64,000 nt of DNA from Tubulanus polymorphus. Taxonomy: Eukaryota; Animalia; Nemertea. Both the position numbers and the translations under genes were made by a program. This document shows positions 1 to 11,371 of the stretch, one piece after another. The stretch is from positions 11,307,950-11,371,949 of the forward strand of contig NC_134026.1 in assembly GCF_964204645.1 (NCBI RefSeq). The letters are read 5' to 3'. The first letter of the stretch is position 1; each line of letters starts with the position of its first letter. Below the pieces are notes generated by a model, which saw only the letters and a program-made list of their open reading frames with translations, had not been told where the DNA came from and made no database searches.

Positions 1-88
1 AATGGAACTAGAAAGTTGTTTTCAAACATCTTCGTATAGATTTAACAAAGTTATGAAGAAGACAACATTTCCACAGGGATACGCCCAT

Positions 89-148
89 AATACCTCCGCT
101 CAAAATACCTCCGCCCAAAATCCCACACCCAGAATCCCTCCACCCAGA
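89..148. repeat. Four degenerate 15-bp tandem units (AATACCTCCGCTCAA-like)
   Basis: aatacctccgctcaa / aatacctccgcccaa / aatcccacacccaga / atccctccacccaga read directly; such arrays are common in DNA transposon subtermini. Confidence 0.6.
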
Positions 149-832
149 ATTTAAAAAAATGCTATAATTCTATCATTTAGATGCATAAAATACCACCAAT
201 ATCGACTATTATACATATATTGGATCATATACAATGTATTACGGTATAATATGGTACAATTTCTAGTGAATCCAGTTCACGTGTTGGAAATTAACTCCTC
301 TTTGATTTGTACAAACAACGAGATACTGGGATTGGAGTCCTAATACATATAAATTTAGATTAGGTTCCGAAAGGTTATATAAGTGAATATGCATTAAAAG
401 ATATACATTTCTCTCCGATCCATTCATATTTAAGTGTCTAATGATGGGAATGACTTTACATACAATATAACTACCAAGAGGATTTTTACCTGTTACCATG
501 AAATTCGAATGGTTTACAGTGGACTTAATATGAAACAAAGAGGTGGCTCACCAGCCTTAAAGTAGTCTATAATAATAGCTGGTGTATATTTGTCTATACA
601 GAGACTGTAATTGTATTTCATGAACAGGGAGGGCTAGTGAGTGAATGAACAACTAAATGAGTTAATTTTACTTTATATACATCTAAAAAACTATTCGCTT
701 TTTGACAAATCTTGGTTATATGAAATCCATTTACAGCTCAAAATCAATTTTGTGAAGTTCTGTTGACGCGATGTAGAGAGAATCCCACAATGATAATAAA
801 AAGTCCGACAAATGAAACTTCGAGATAGTAGT

Positions 833-879
833 TTATTTCAACGTTTCGACTATATCCTAATAGTCATCTTCAGGAATAA
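833..879 (-). ncRNA. Minimal type I hammerhead ribozyme in PLE pLTR
   Basis: Minus strand reads ttattcCTGAAGAt-gactat-taggat-atagtc-GAAAcgttgaaataa: CUGANGA and GAAA cores, 6-bp stem II, palindromic minimal stem III, as known for PLE hammerheads. Confidence 0.8.
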
Positions 880-1334
880 TGAGATACTACAAAAATTATG
901 AGATATATATACAATCCAGAGACAAAGAGACTAATTCAAGTAATCAGAGATGATACAAACTAAAGGAAAATTAACGTAGAAACAGTTACACGCTAGAATA
1001 GATTAAAGGGAAGCAAACCAAGGGGTAATTATAAACAACAATAGTGAGTATAAATATAAATTGAAACTTAAAATCAATAGTAAAGAGACAAACTAAGGGG
1101 CACTTAAATTAAAACAATGGAGTTAAATTAAAACAATTAAAACTTTAAACCTGAAAGCGGAGTTGCTAGTCATGTATTTCAGACCTCGCACAATTTTGAT
1201 TTCGCTAACGCTGAATTAATTTACCCTTGCAGCGATAAAACTAAAAGACATATTTTGGAATCTGCATTAATAATTGAAAATTCAAACAACGTTGTAAATC
1301 TTAACAATCTTAACATAATTTTTGTAGTATCTCA

Positions 1335-1381
1335 TTATTCCTGAAGATGACTATTAGGATATAGTCGAGACGTTGAAATAA
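1335..1381 (+). ncRNA. Hammerhead ribozyme copy with GAAA to GAGA core mutation (probably impaired)
   Basis: ttattcCTGAAGAtgactattaggatatagtcGAGAcgttgaaataa. Confidence 0.7.
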
Positions 1382-1446
1382 ACTACTATCTCGAAGTTTC
1401 ATTTTTCGGACTTTTTATCATCATTGTGGGATTCTCTCTACATCTT

Positions 1447-2533
1447 GGTGTTTGGGTCCGCTGGACCGTTAGAGGCTGGGCAACACAGCCAGTTCCACGA
1501 GGGTGTAGCAATATGTACACATTAGTATGTAGTTTAAATATCCACAGTAGAAATAAAACTGAATAAGTTGTATTTGGGTCCGTTAGAACGTTAGAGGCTG
1601 GGTGACGCATCCAGTTCACGAGGGTGTAGCAATGTAACAATTATATCATTCACAGTAGAAATAAAAACGAGTAATTCATATTGAGAATGTGAGGTACACA
1701 TTGTGTTGTTTCCTTTCTGTGAATCAGTTTCCGTTCCGCTCATGTATAGACACTCTCAGGACTCGATAAACAGCCGCTCGGACTGATGCTAAGGGCAGTC
1801 AATTTACTCCCGACGTGTCGTTTTATCAACGTAACGCTATATCAATATTCGAGAACCAAGGAATACCTGGTCGAATCAATACCGCCCGGCAGTCACAAAA
1901 AAATCGCTTCAGATCACATCAAATCGATAATTTTAAGAACCTCCTCAATCCAAACAGATTGAAATATAGACGTGGTTGATACATACGCTGACAGATGATC
2001 GGTGCGATTACCCTCGCAACACCAACGGACCCTGTTTTCACAGGACGGAAAGTACTCTCCACACGAGACGAGGAAAGCCCGTCCTACCTTTGCACAAATC
2101 TAACATCCATATCGGTTCTCACCACTACCCGCCACTGTAAGGCCTCGAAAGTGTTGTTGATACACACGCCATCTATCTGATTAGGCTATCAGTACTATTT
2201 GCAATGACTAGCAATATAACACACTCATACACCGACGCCTGTTTACTATATAAAAAAGAAACAACACAATGTGTACCTCACATTCTCAATATGAATTACT
2301 CGTTTTTATTTCTACTGTGAATGATATAATTGTTACATTGCTACACCCTCGTGAACTGGATGCGTCACCCAGCACCAGCCTCTAACGGTCTAACGAACCC
2401 AAATACAACTTATTCAGTTTTATTTCTACAAACTGTGGATATTTAAACTACATACTAATGTGTACATATTGCTACACCCTCGTGGAACTGGCTGTGTTGC
2501 CCAGCCTCTAACGGTCCAGCGGACCCAAACACC
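1447..2533. mobile_element. Non-autonomous foldback element with ~265-bp TIRs, each built of two ~120-bp subrepeats
   Basis: 1447-1712 (ggtgtttgggtccgctggacc...gtgttgtttc) is the reverse complement of 2258-2533; GG...CC ends; TTAA follows the right end; left flank abuts the PLE remnant. Confidence 0.85.
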
Positions 2534-2742
2534 TTAACACGGTTTATATAGGTTGAGTAGTTTCTGAGTAACTGCAGACACTAGTTTCACCCAAAAATCA
2601 TCTCAGTATTATAACATATGAAATGGCCTGTACTGAAAGGGTTAAACAACATATGAGCAGATATAGATATGTAAGGTATTCTCATTCTCAGGTGAGGAAC
2701 TACTTTCTCTTGCTATTGAATGAGCCTGGGTTTATGAAATAG

Positions 2743-2895
2743 AGTGACATTGGGGAAAATGACGTACGGTGACATTGTGACAGTGATATAGGGGACAGTG
2801 ACACAGGGTAACATTGGGGACAGTGACAAAGTGATGTAGGGGACTGTGACGTAGGGTGACATTGGGGACAGTGACATGGAGTGACGTTGGGGACA
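2743..2895. repeat. GTGAC / GTGACATTGGGGACA minisatellite
   Basis: Repeated gtgacattggggaca, gtgacgtaggg and gtgatgtagggga units. Confidence 0.8.
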
Positions 2896-4396
2896 AAGAC
2901 ATCTCCAGGACACACACTGTTAGAAAAAATCTTGTAAATTTACTAAAAAATCCTGGCAGCAAAGTTGACTAGCAAAAGTTGTAAAATTACATGCACTTGT
3001 AACCAGTACAATAACTTGTAATACTACAAGATTCAATTGTAGAAATACAACTTTTCCCAGTCAACTTTGCTGCCAGGAATTTTCAGTAAATTTACAAGAT
3101 TTGATTTCATTTCACAAGACAAATATGTAAAAACAATAACAACAGATTTTACATGTAACAATATAACATAGATGATTTATTCTTAGAAAATACTCCTAAA
3201 GTTTAAATTTGAATTAATTCTTCTACGAAACCAAAAAAGCTGTCATACATACTCAATGTATAAACAAACAAGTAACATTTCATGGTAGAACTTCAAATAT
3301 TTACATGTCCGTATTTCAGATTCTTGTTAGACATCAATGTCCCAAATTGGTTACTTTTAACACATGTACAGTGTAACCACGTCACAACCTTGTATGATTA
3401 CCCAATGTTTTAAGAAACACTGGTATAATGAACACTAGAAAATCCTGACAATCCTGCCTGACCAAAGAGAAAATTCACAAACCGCATATGAACTATTAAA
3501 TTCATTGTTCTGGGAGGTTTCGTTGCAACAAGATTTTCATTTAACAAGTTCTCATTACATTCAAAGATATTAAAAATCTTTATGTCATGATTTTAAAAAA
3601 ATAATTGTTTTGCCACTCTCTCAAATTATTTTAGCTTGCACAAGGAAAGACAAATTGAAAAACAGTTAACAAGTTCACTGCTGCCCAAAACGACTTAGTT
3701 AGACCAGCTTTCATCTATGTGACACAACTTAGTTTAGATTACTTGTACATGAACTTAATCTATATGTCCTTACATGTAATCATAGTTATAATCAATCGAA
3801 AATGATACGAATTAAGATCTACTTCACATGAATTAATGAAAAACGAGTGACTAAATTTAAGTCAAAACTTTTGACGCACTCATATCCACATTTTCAAAGA
3901 AAATTGTCAAAAATTTGAGCAGATGAATGTTTTGAACAATGATGTCAAAACATAATACAATCAAAAGAGATTTTATGAGAAAATAAAACTCTTTAACAGA
4001 GAAGAACAAGTTCAAAATTATCTAATACACATCATAGAATTTTAACCTGACTTAACTTAAAGCTCCTCTGGCATGGTTCTCACACTTACAAGAATTAAAA
4101 ATTCCCAAGTTTTTCCCTGTACTGTGGGAACCATGCTCTAGTGGAGTGTCAAGCGTCAGACGCGACGAAATCTAATATAAGAAATGAAAATCACATTCCA
4201 CACAAAACATTTCATAAACTTTTGAAACTCTTAACACCATATATAATAAAAGTTAGTATTTGATATTAAAACAAAAATCTTTAAACTTTAAAATCAAAAG
4301 ATTATGAATTCACTTGAATTCCGAGCATACAAGTGCATCAATTAATGGATGAGACCAGTTTCCTGCCATATTTTATATGCTTATATAAATGTACTA

Positions 4397-7300
4397 TTAA
4401 TTAATTATGCAAGGTTTACAAGTGGTTACTCTAAATGCCCCAATCTGAATCCATTTCCTTCAAGTCGTTCACGAGTCTAATTATCCTTGGGTCCACTGAA
4501 TACTTGCGTTTCTTCAACGATTTTGAACCTTTGTCAGGGTTTATATACATGACACACCTGTAAGAAAAAAAGGGTAAGTATCAACCTTTAATCTTTCTAA
4601 AAAATTGTCTCACCTCGGAGATTACAAGTCTGCAACTAATGCATAATAGCTTCATCGGGATAATGAGTCTCATAACTAAAGTGCTTGTAATCATATGAAA
4701 TCAATTTACTTATAAATATTTAGTACTTCTCATCTTAACACTTTTGACTTGAATTTTGGTCCTTTATAGTTCACCTTGGAATAGGGTATGACTGAATTTA
4801 ACAATGGGGAACTCGCAACGTGACACGCCGTAGGTCGTCAGTTGTCAAAATTAGTTTGCACCGAATAAATATAGTCGCAGGACTCATCAAATACTTTCAT
4901 TCTTCCAATGAGATATCGGTATAGTTTTCATTAAAATTGATTCATTTAAGAGTAAAGTTCATTCAGCCTTAATTAAAATGTAGAACTCTTAACGCAGAAG
5001 ACAAACTGTCTACTAGTGACACCTGGTGGATCCTTGCCTGCAAACATGGAATCCTTGATTGCCTTAGAGATCAATGCGGGTACCACTTTGATCTCTAATT
5101 CCCTAAAAACCCTATATCACTATTTTCATTCAATTTCATGAAATATGAAGGATTATACCTCTGAATAAATTCCAAAGTGGTCTTGCAGTTGTCATCATAT
5201 GCGAGATTAAAAACATAATGCACAGAAAACCATGCCTCTACAGCCTGTTGCCATGTACTTAAACACTCTATCAAAATTCTGCTTTCCACAGCAATAAGAA
5301 ACTCCGTTGATTCAAAGATATTTTCACCTGCAAGGAAAATTTCAGTGTGTATATGCAAAATATTAAAAATTCAAAATCTTATAGGCTAAAATATTATATC
5401 GCATTCCTCTATAACTTGCCAAATTGAATCTCTTATTCTATCTACCCAGATGATTTTTATTTCCGAAATCATGATAAATTGAGTTGCCTACTAGTGACCC
5501 AGTCGATAGTGAAGCGTGAAACAAGGTATCACATTTTTAGCCTTAATAGATTGAGTTCAGGCAAGCTTACGTGGTGCATGGTACACCACTGGTTCCTGAC
5601 AGTTGTTATGTATCCCTTGCGTAGCAAGTCGACCTAAGCTAGCCTTTAAAAGTTGCAGGGTTACGTAAGACTGCCATAAGAAAACAATAAGTACAAACAA
5701 TATGAAGTAAATATGTTTGTAATATGTACAAACAACATGAAAGAGCTGCAAAATAAAGTCACATGTCAATTTTTATACAGATAAGAATCACATTCAGAAC
5801 GAAAAACATTTCGAAAATGGTAAAGGAATGATGTGGTAGATTTTTCTTTTGTGAAATAAAATTTCCTCATCATCACATAAACAAATTTGATTAATCTTAC
5901 CTAGAGCAATAATTATTGCAGAATTTCCTAGATTTCTGATAGCGTTTCTCTCCTAAAAATAAAAAAATACAAGAAATATTCAATATCTATTTTTAACAAG
6001 TCAACAGTATGCCATTTTGATTCTGCTTATACATGTAATTTTTAGTCCAAATGAAGTTCAATCAAGAATATAATATCCCAGCAGCACGAATGGAATCTTT
6101 TTGAGGTAATAACAACATAGAGCAAAGTCTAGTTTTTCAAATTCACAACTTATGCTATCTGAAAATTTTGTGGAAATCATCGACAAAATGGCATAGTTTT
6201 TTATGTATGAACTGAGCCCAATCTACCCATTTCCAGCAATGTTATTCAGGAAAGATACAAGATTATTGTCATTTCACTTAAAATACATATAATTATACTT
6301 GATAGATACAGTGCAGAAGAACCCTTTTAAAATCAATACTTACACTAAAAACACGAAACACAAAATCGACATCTTCTTCGAAGTAGCTTACCAGAAGTGG
6401 CAAGAATCCAATTGTCAGCGCCTCTTTATTCCTTTTTTGTGCAATATGTTTATCCATTTCCGCCACCCAGCTGCTGCACTTAGCATTTTTACTCTTTCGC
6501 ATTATAAAATTATATAAACGACCTGCTTTGTTGTTGGCCATTATTGCTTCATCAAATAAGTCATGAATCGATAAATGCATAAGAGTATCAAAATGCGCCA
6601 TCAGATATTTGTATGTCATTAAATATGGCCATGCATTGCGGATTTCTGACAACGGCTCATGACTATTTATCATATGCCTTTGAGACGAGTATGTTAGACG
6701 CATGGCTTCGTCAATCTCTGCATTATATACACCTTTTATAAATTCACTTTTTAAAAACTCCTGTTTCATAACTTGTGAAACTGGCGTTTCACCTTCTGCA
6801 TGTCTAACTGACCAGTTGATACAACCGTAACTATCACGATTACTAGAAGAAACGCATGATGTTCCTTCAAGATCACCTCCTCCAACTCGTTTTTTCGAAG
6901 TGTACACGGTCGGTTTAGTACAGAGTCTCCTTTGATTAATAAGTCTCCACTGAATGCTAGATACGAGTGATTGTATACCGTTACCAATTGGCCTACCGCT
7001 TAAGTCGGTTTCCTTTAGACAAGGAAATTTCGAGGTTAATTTTCTAGCGACTCGTTCAATGCTTGATTTGGCTGTAGGAATCTTCTGATATACAATTTGG
7101 GCTGTAATGTTGCGGATTAATTCTTTCATGCCAGTGGAATTTGGTTTAGTATTACTTCGTAATAACTCCAGAGTTGAAGAATCAATCTTATCATAAGGAA
7201 TTTTGAAAACCTCCATTTCATCAGCTGAATCATCAAATTCACTTACAGTGAAAGACTGATTACTGGTAAATGAACTAGACGATTGAGAACTATTGGGAAA

Positions 7301-7531
7301 TTGAGTTTGTGGTGAATTTCTATTATAACATTGAAGTTTTGCAACGCCATTCAAAAGTGCCAGTCGTTGACCAATTGATAGTTTTAATTCTTTAACAATG
7401 TCCGGTTCCAACATTTTCAAACAGTCTTTTCTAGCCAAATCTTCGTGCAATAAAATTTCTTTCGTATTTTCAGTGATACCATTAGATATACACCACGCCT
7501 CAAAATCAAATTCAGTATCACGGTCATCCAT
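4397..7531 (-). CDS. EnSpm second protein with N-terminal SAM-like domain (SAMD3-like family); exons ~7531-6344, 5952-5901, 5327-5159, 4557-4397
   Basis: 412-aa ORF with SAM-like start (LKMLEPDIVKELKLSIGQRLALL); GT-AG splicing keeps frame into WFSVHYVFNLAY...LEFIQRCVMYINPDKGSK, a C-terminus I recognise from animal EnSpm second ORFs. Confidence 0.8.
5384..5542. mobile_element. Degenerate Harbinger-type MITE in an intron
   Basis: ggctaaaa... left end; right end gaaacaaggtatcacatttttagcc resembles the right end of the MITE at 41286-41506. Confidence 0.4.
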
Positions 7532-7734
7532 CTGTAAAATAAAGAACTAATTCATTTTAATGCAATTAATATCCTTACAAATGGAGGAACTGGGGTATTT
7601 CAGAATTTGGCTTGTCCCAAAAATGTTTGTGATCATGGCTACTATCTTTTTTATTTTTTAAATTCAATAGTCAGCAAACCAATAAATTCTTTTAAATCAG
7701 ACAAATGGATAAAATTGTTAAAAATCCACTAAAT

Positions 7735-7962
7735 CAGAGGCGTTTTTACGAGCATCCGATTTTTGCGATCGATTTCGTGAACGATTTGCGTCGATCGTGC
7801 GATCGCCAAATCGATCGTGGAGCGAGTTGTTCGATCGCAAAAATCGATCGGAAAATCGTGTTCGTAAAAACGCAGATCTTGAAATCGATCGCAAAAATCG
7901 GTGCTCGTAAATGCGTTTCTCCGATCGATCGCAAAAATCGGATGCTCGTTAAAACGCCTATG
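7735..7962. mobile_element. MITE rich in CGATCG palindromes, between the two EnSpm genes
   Basis: ~40-bp TIRs cagaggcgtttttacgagcatccgatttttgcgatcgat / atcgatcgcaaaaatcggatgctcgttaaaacgcctatg; AAT on both flanks. Confidence 0.85.
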
Positions 7963-7985
7963 AATTTCAGTTACCTCTATCTAAT

Positions 7986-10664
7986 CTATGCAGATTCCTG
8001 AATGGCATGTTTAAGAGCGACATACTTTTTTCCATCAAATGGGTAAGTGACCAATGGCTGATAATCAATTAAACTTTGAATATCCATACACAGGAAACTA
8101 TTTGGAATATAACTAAGCTCATATAATCCAAGATTGGGATCATGTTCTCCTACCAGACATTCAACAATTAACAGTATTTTCTTTTCAAACATTAAACACT
8201 GCACAATTCGACCAAATTCTGCTTCCGCAATTCTGTACTTTATCATAACTAACAATCCCTTACTATATACAATACTATTGTAACATACTCGATCAGAAAT
8301 GGAAGCATGAGGTGGAATATTTTGACCAGTTTGTTGCTCAAAGATTTCAATGCAGCCCCTAATGCTATCATTATAGAGTTCCCTACTGAACGGTATAGAT
8401 TTTTCTAAATAAGTCTCAACAGGGAACAAAGAACCTTTCATTAGATAAGCTTGGAATAGTTCATGTCGTTCAGTCAGAGACTTAGTTATGTTAATAAAAT
8501 TCTGGATCTGCCTCACTGCTGTTTTGAAATATTTGTGCTTTTGCTCAAAACGCATAGCCCAAACGCGCATTAAAGGCCCAAAGCAACGGATAAGATACGG
8601 ATAATGGAAGAGAAAGTGGTGTTTCGGTCGAAGGGTAGTTATGGTATTAACAATCTGTAAATATTCATCTATGATAGTCTGTAAGTAATTCAGTTGATAT
8701 TCCATTATTACAGGAGCACAAATATATTCTACAATTCTACGCAACAATATTACCATTTCCCATAATTGATCATCCTTAACCACCTTAGAGCCAATCAAAT
8801 AAGGTAGATTTCGCAAGAGGCACCATGTTTGTACAGCATGCCCACCAACTTTTTCTTTTTTGCTGTCTACAATAGATGGTCTGTCAGCAGCATCATAACT
8901 TTGAAAAGCAAATTTTTTGATCGTATTGTTGAGGTAATCGTATGTAAACCATTTCTTAGTTTTGATCATGTGAGAGAACACTTTTGCTAGATCGTAAGTA
9001 ACAACTCCTTCAAAAAGGTCGTGACCCAAACAAGGTGGAAGCCTTGGTTCACACACATGAAAGTTTGGTAGATTATTAAATATGCTATTCTTTTTTACAC
9101 CCTGGTGATGAGTAGCTTCTGGCATATCTTTAAGAGTTTCAAGTGAAGAATCATAGCTTAAAGGGGTACGGAGCATGGCATGATGTTTGTTTTCTAGAAG
9201 ATCAGCTCTGGTAATTAAGCAATATCTACAGATGTATTCACCACTAAAGTTTTCTAAAAACCCTCCAATGGCGTGGCTGCCAAGGTTGTCACCTGTGATA
9301 TTTACTACAGCTCCAAAAATCTTCCCATCCCTATAACTGATGCCATTTGTTCCCAGGTCTTTTAAATCATTCACTAAAACACTGAGAACATTATCAAATC
9401 CAAACTCTTTTACATTCTTTTCAGTACACAAGAGCACTAATTGCATAGGATCTATCTTAGAACGATGGTGAGGCAAGAAATTTGCTAAGTTGAAATAAAC
9501 TGCTAAAATTTTGTGCTTGGTCTTTGCACTCCCTAATGGATTAACTACTTCAAATGAATCCTGATATAAGATAATCTTTAGGGAGACTTGCAAACGTTGG
9601 AATAGCTCAATGTTTTTGTAAACACTTCCATCAAATATATCTCTATAAGTTTCATTGATTGACTGATGATAATTTTCCAACTGATCAACCACAGTCCTAT
9701 CACTGAGCATGGCAGATAATTTGTCTTTGATTGGAACATAATGGCAAAATTGTTCTTTGTTATTTGAATTCACACCTAACCGAATTGATACTGGTTCAAC
9801 ATAATTAAAATTTTCTTTGAAATATCTTTTTCTTTTGTAAGTACTTTTAAGCTCCGATTTAAGAGGTTTAAAACAGTCCGCACTTGCCAAGGTCTCAACA
9901 ACAGTTTCTATGGTGTCATTTGGAATATTATGACTTGCAAGATTCAACTTTAAATCATGTCTTAATTTTTGGTTATGCAGATTACCAAAATCATTGAATG
10001 AATCTACAATGACTTGAATAACTGATTCAGGCAAATGATGTTTTGCTTGAAGACGGAGTAACAATAAAGCAAAATGGTCAAGAAATTGTTGATCCTCTAC
10101 ATCTACATCTAAATCTATTTCATCATTATCTTCTAAGTCATACACACAATCTTCATTTAACTGATCATTAACATCTATTTGCCTATCATTTTCTCGTATT
10201 CCAAAGGGATCTGGTTCAGCTTGAAGATAAACAGCAGCTATTTCTTCCTGTGCCCAATTTACATGATATCGTGAAATATGTGAGGTAAATGATGATAATT
10301 TATTGTACTTAAAAGTGCAGTTCGCGAATGGGCAATTTACTTCTCTACCTTCTCTTATATGTTTCTTCAAGTGACTAACAAGTTCAAGTACATCTATACA
10401 ATTTTGTTCGCAGAAATCGAAAGAGCATATGAGCCTATCTCTTTCACTTCGATCAACACATGACAGTTTAACTCTCCTTCTATACTCAAGGTGATTGGTT
10501 GATACATGACTATTGAAAGTTGAATAGTTTCTAAATTCCTGAGAACAGCCTGGTACACCACACGGAAAGAGTAAATTAGGGACATTCCTATGAAGCCTAT
10601 AATGTTGGACATATCTCTTCAACGAGGCAGACGTGTATGCACATTCTTTACACTGATATCGCAT
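7986..10664 (-). CDS. EnSpm/CACTA DDE transposase with N-terminal C2H2 zinc fingers
   Basis: Uninterrupted ~890-aa ORF (ATG at 10664, just after a splice acceptor); C2H2 fingers; YQDSFEVVNPLG, GDNLGSHAIGGF, CRYC, HDLFEG, PKHHFLFHY, WAMRFEQKH motifs. Confidence 0.9.
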   Translation of the reverse strand: MRYQCKECAYTSASLKRYVQHYRLHRNVPNLLFPCGVPGCSQEFRNYSTFNSHVSTNHLEYRRRVKLSCVDRSERDRLICSFDFCEQNCIDVLELVSHLKKHIREGREVNCPFANCTFKYNKLSSFTSHISRYHVNWAQEEIAAVYLQAEPDPFGIRENDRQIDVNDQLNEDCVYDLEDNDEIDLDVDVEDQQFLDHFALLLLRLQAKHHLPESVIQVIVDSFNDFGNLHNQKLRHDLKLNLASHNIPNDTIETVVETLASADCFKPLKSELKSTYKRKRYFKENFNYVEPVSIRLGVNSNNKEQFCHYVPIKDKLSAMLSDRTVVDQLENYHQSINETYRDIFDGSVYKNIELFQRLQVSLKIILYQDSFEVVNPLGSAKTKHKILAVYFNLANFLPHHRSKIDPMQLVLLCTEKNVKEFGFDNVLSVLVNDLKDLGTNGISYRDGKIFGAVVNITGDNLGSHAIGGFLENFSGEYICRYCLITRADLLENKHHAMLRTPLSYDSSLETLKDMPEATHHQGVKKNSIFNNLPNFHVCEPRLPPCLGHDLFEGVVTYDLAKVFSHMIKTKKWFTYDYLNNTIKKFAFQSYDAADRPSIVDSKKEKVGGHAVQTWCLLRNLPYLIGSKVVKDDQLWEMVILLRRIVEYICAPVIMEYQLNYLQTIIDEYLQIVNTITTLRPKHHFLFHYPYLIRCFGPLMRVWAMRFEQKHKYFKTAVRQIQNFINITKSLTERHELFQAYLMKGSLFPVETYLEKSIPFSRELYNDSIRGCIEIFEQQTGQNIPPHASISDRVCYNSIVYSKGLLVMIKYRIAEAEFGRIVQCLMFEKKILLIVECLVGEHDPNLGLYELSYIPNSFLCMDIQSLIDYQPLVTYPFDGKKYVALKHAIQESA

Positions 10665-10740
10665 GGGAAAACTGAAAAAATTAATCAAAACTTAGTAAGA
10701 TTCTCCACTAAGGCACTAGATAAAATATGATCGTCTTCAT

Positions 10741-11010
10741 AAGCTAGGGGTCCAGGGACACCATGTCCACTCAGGAAATGGTTTGAAATGCCGAACAAAC
10801 AGAAAATTTCAATATTCAATGCCCCATGCATTGATGGTTGGACCATGACATATGCCTACAAGTTCTACAAGGACTAATGACCTTGAAACTCAACATATAC
10901 AACATGTCATAAGCTACAACTTTGTAATTGATTGTGGTTAGAAAATATTCATAGGTACCAATATAAATAGGCAAATTGTATATAATTCAATATTCAACGC
11001 CCCCTGGTGT
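10741..11010 (-). mobile_element. Partial HINE/DINE-like Helentron repeat inside the EnSpm leader intron
   Basis: ctaggggtccagggacaccatg... matches the end of the family at 30661-31917. Confidence 0.7.
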
Positions 11011-11288
11011 GGTGGCGAGAGAGTAGAGTTGGTGGTAGCCACGGCAATTTTTTGGGCCTCATTCTTTCACAAGAACTGTTTTATCAAATATATAGAGAAT
11101 TCAACTAAACTTGTTATCACAACATAGGCCTACATCATATACTTACACTGAGGTTGCTCGATCTATCCTTATTTAATCCAAACGAATGCTAATTCGATCC
11201 ACTTCACGTTTCCACTTCCACGCTTACCACGCTTTCCAACAGGTGTTTATTCAACGACAGTAGCGAGAGTAAGGTTACTCACTGTGAT

Positions 11289-11371
11289 GTTCGAGTCCCG
11301 TAAATAGACATTCAATATCATTACGTTCGAATCCCAAAATTCATTCAGTATCGTTGTGAGGTTCGAATCCC
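11289..11371 (+). promoter_or_regulatory. Three Pol III B-box-like motifs at exact 36-bp spacing
   Basis: GTTCGAGTCC (11289), GTTCGAATCC (11325), GTTCGAATCC (11361). Confidence 0.55.

Larger units (their letters stand above)
761..1444. mobile_element. Rearranged Penelope-like element (PLE) remnant: pLTR on minus (761-~1130), GIY-YIG C-terminal fragment on plus (~1140-1310), partial pLTR on plus (~1316-1444)
   Basis: 761-1130 is nearly identical to 12553-12915; 1140-1310 encodes FKPESGVASHVFQTSHNFDFANAELIYPC...HILESALI, matching the PLE endonuclease at ~13060-13220; 771-897 and 1316-1444 are inverted copies. Confidence 0.85.

Noticed and set aside
263-538. 91-aa ORF as a gene
   Set aside because: No recognisable motif or supporting context
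2625-2644. piggyBac-like end (gtactgaaagggTTAA)
   Set aside because: No matching left terminus found in the window
2700-2962. Three overlapping Cys/His/Pro-rich ORFs
   Set aside because: Translations of the GTGAC minisatellite
4070-4137. Short inverted repeat gcatggttctcac / gtgggaaccatgc as a hAT MITE
   Set aside because: No convincing 8-bp TSD and too short to classify
7705-8001. ORFs on both strands
   Set aside because: Products of a palindromic MITE
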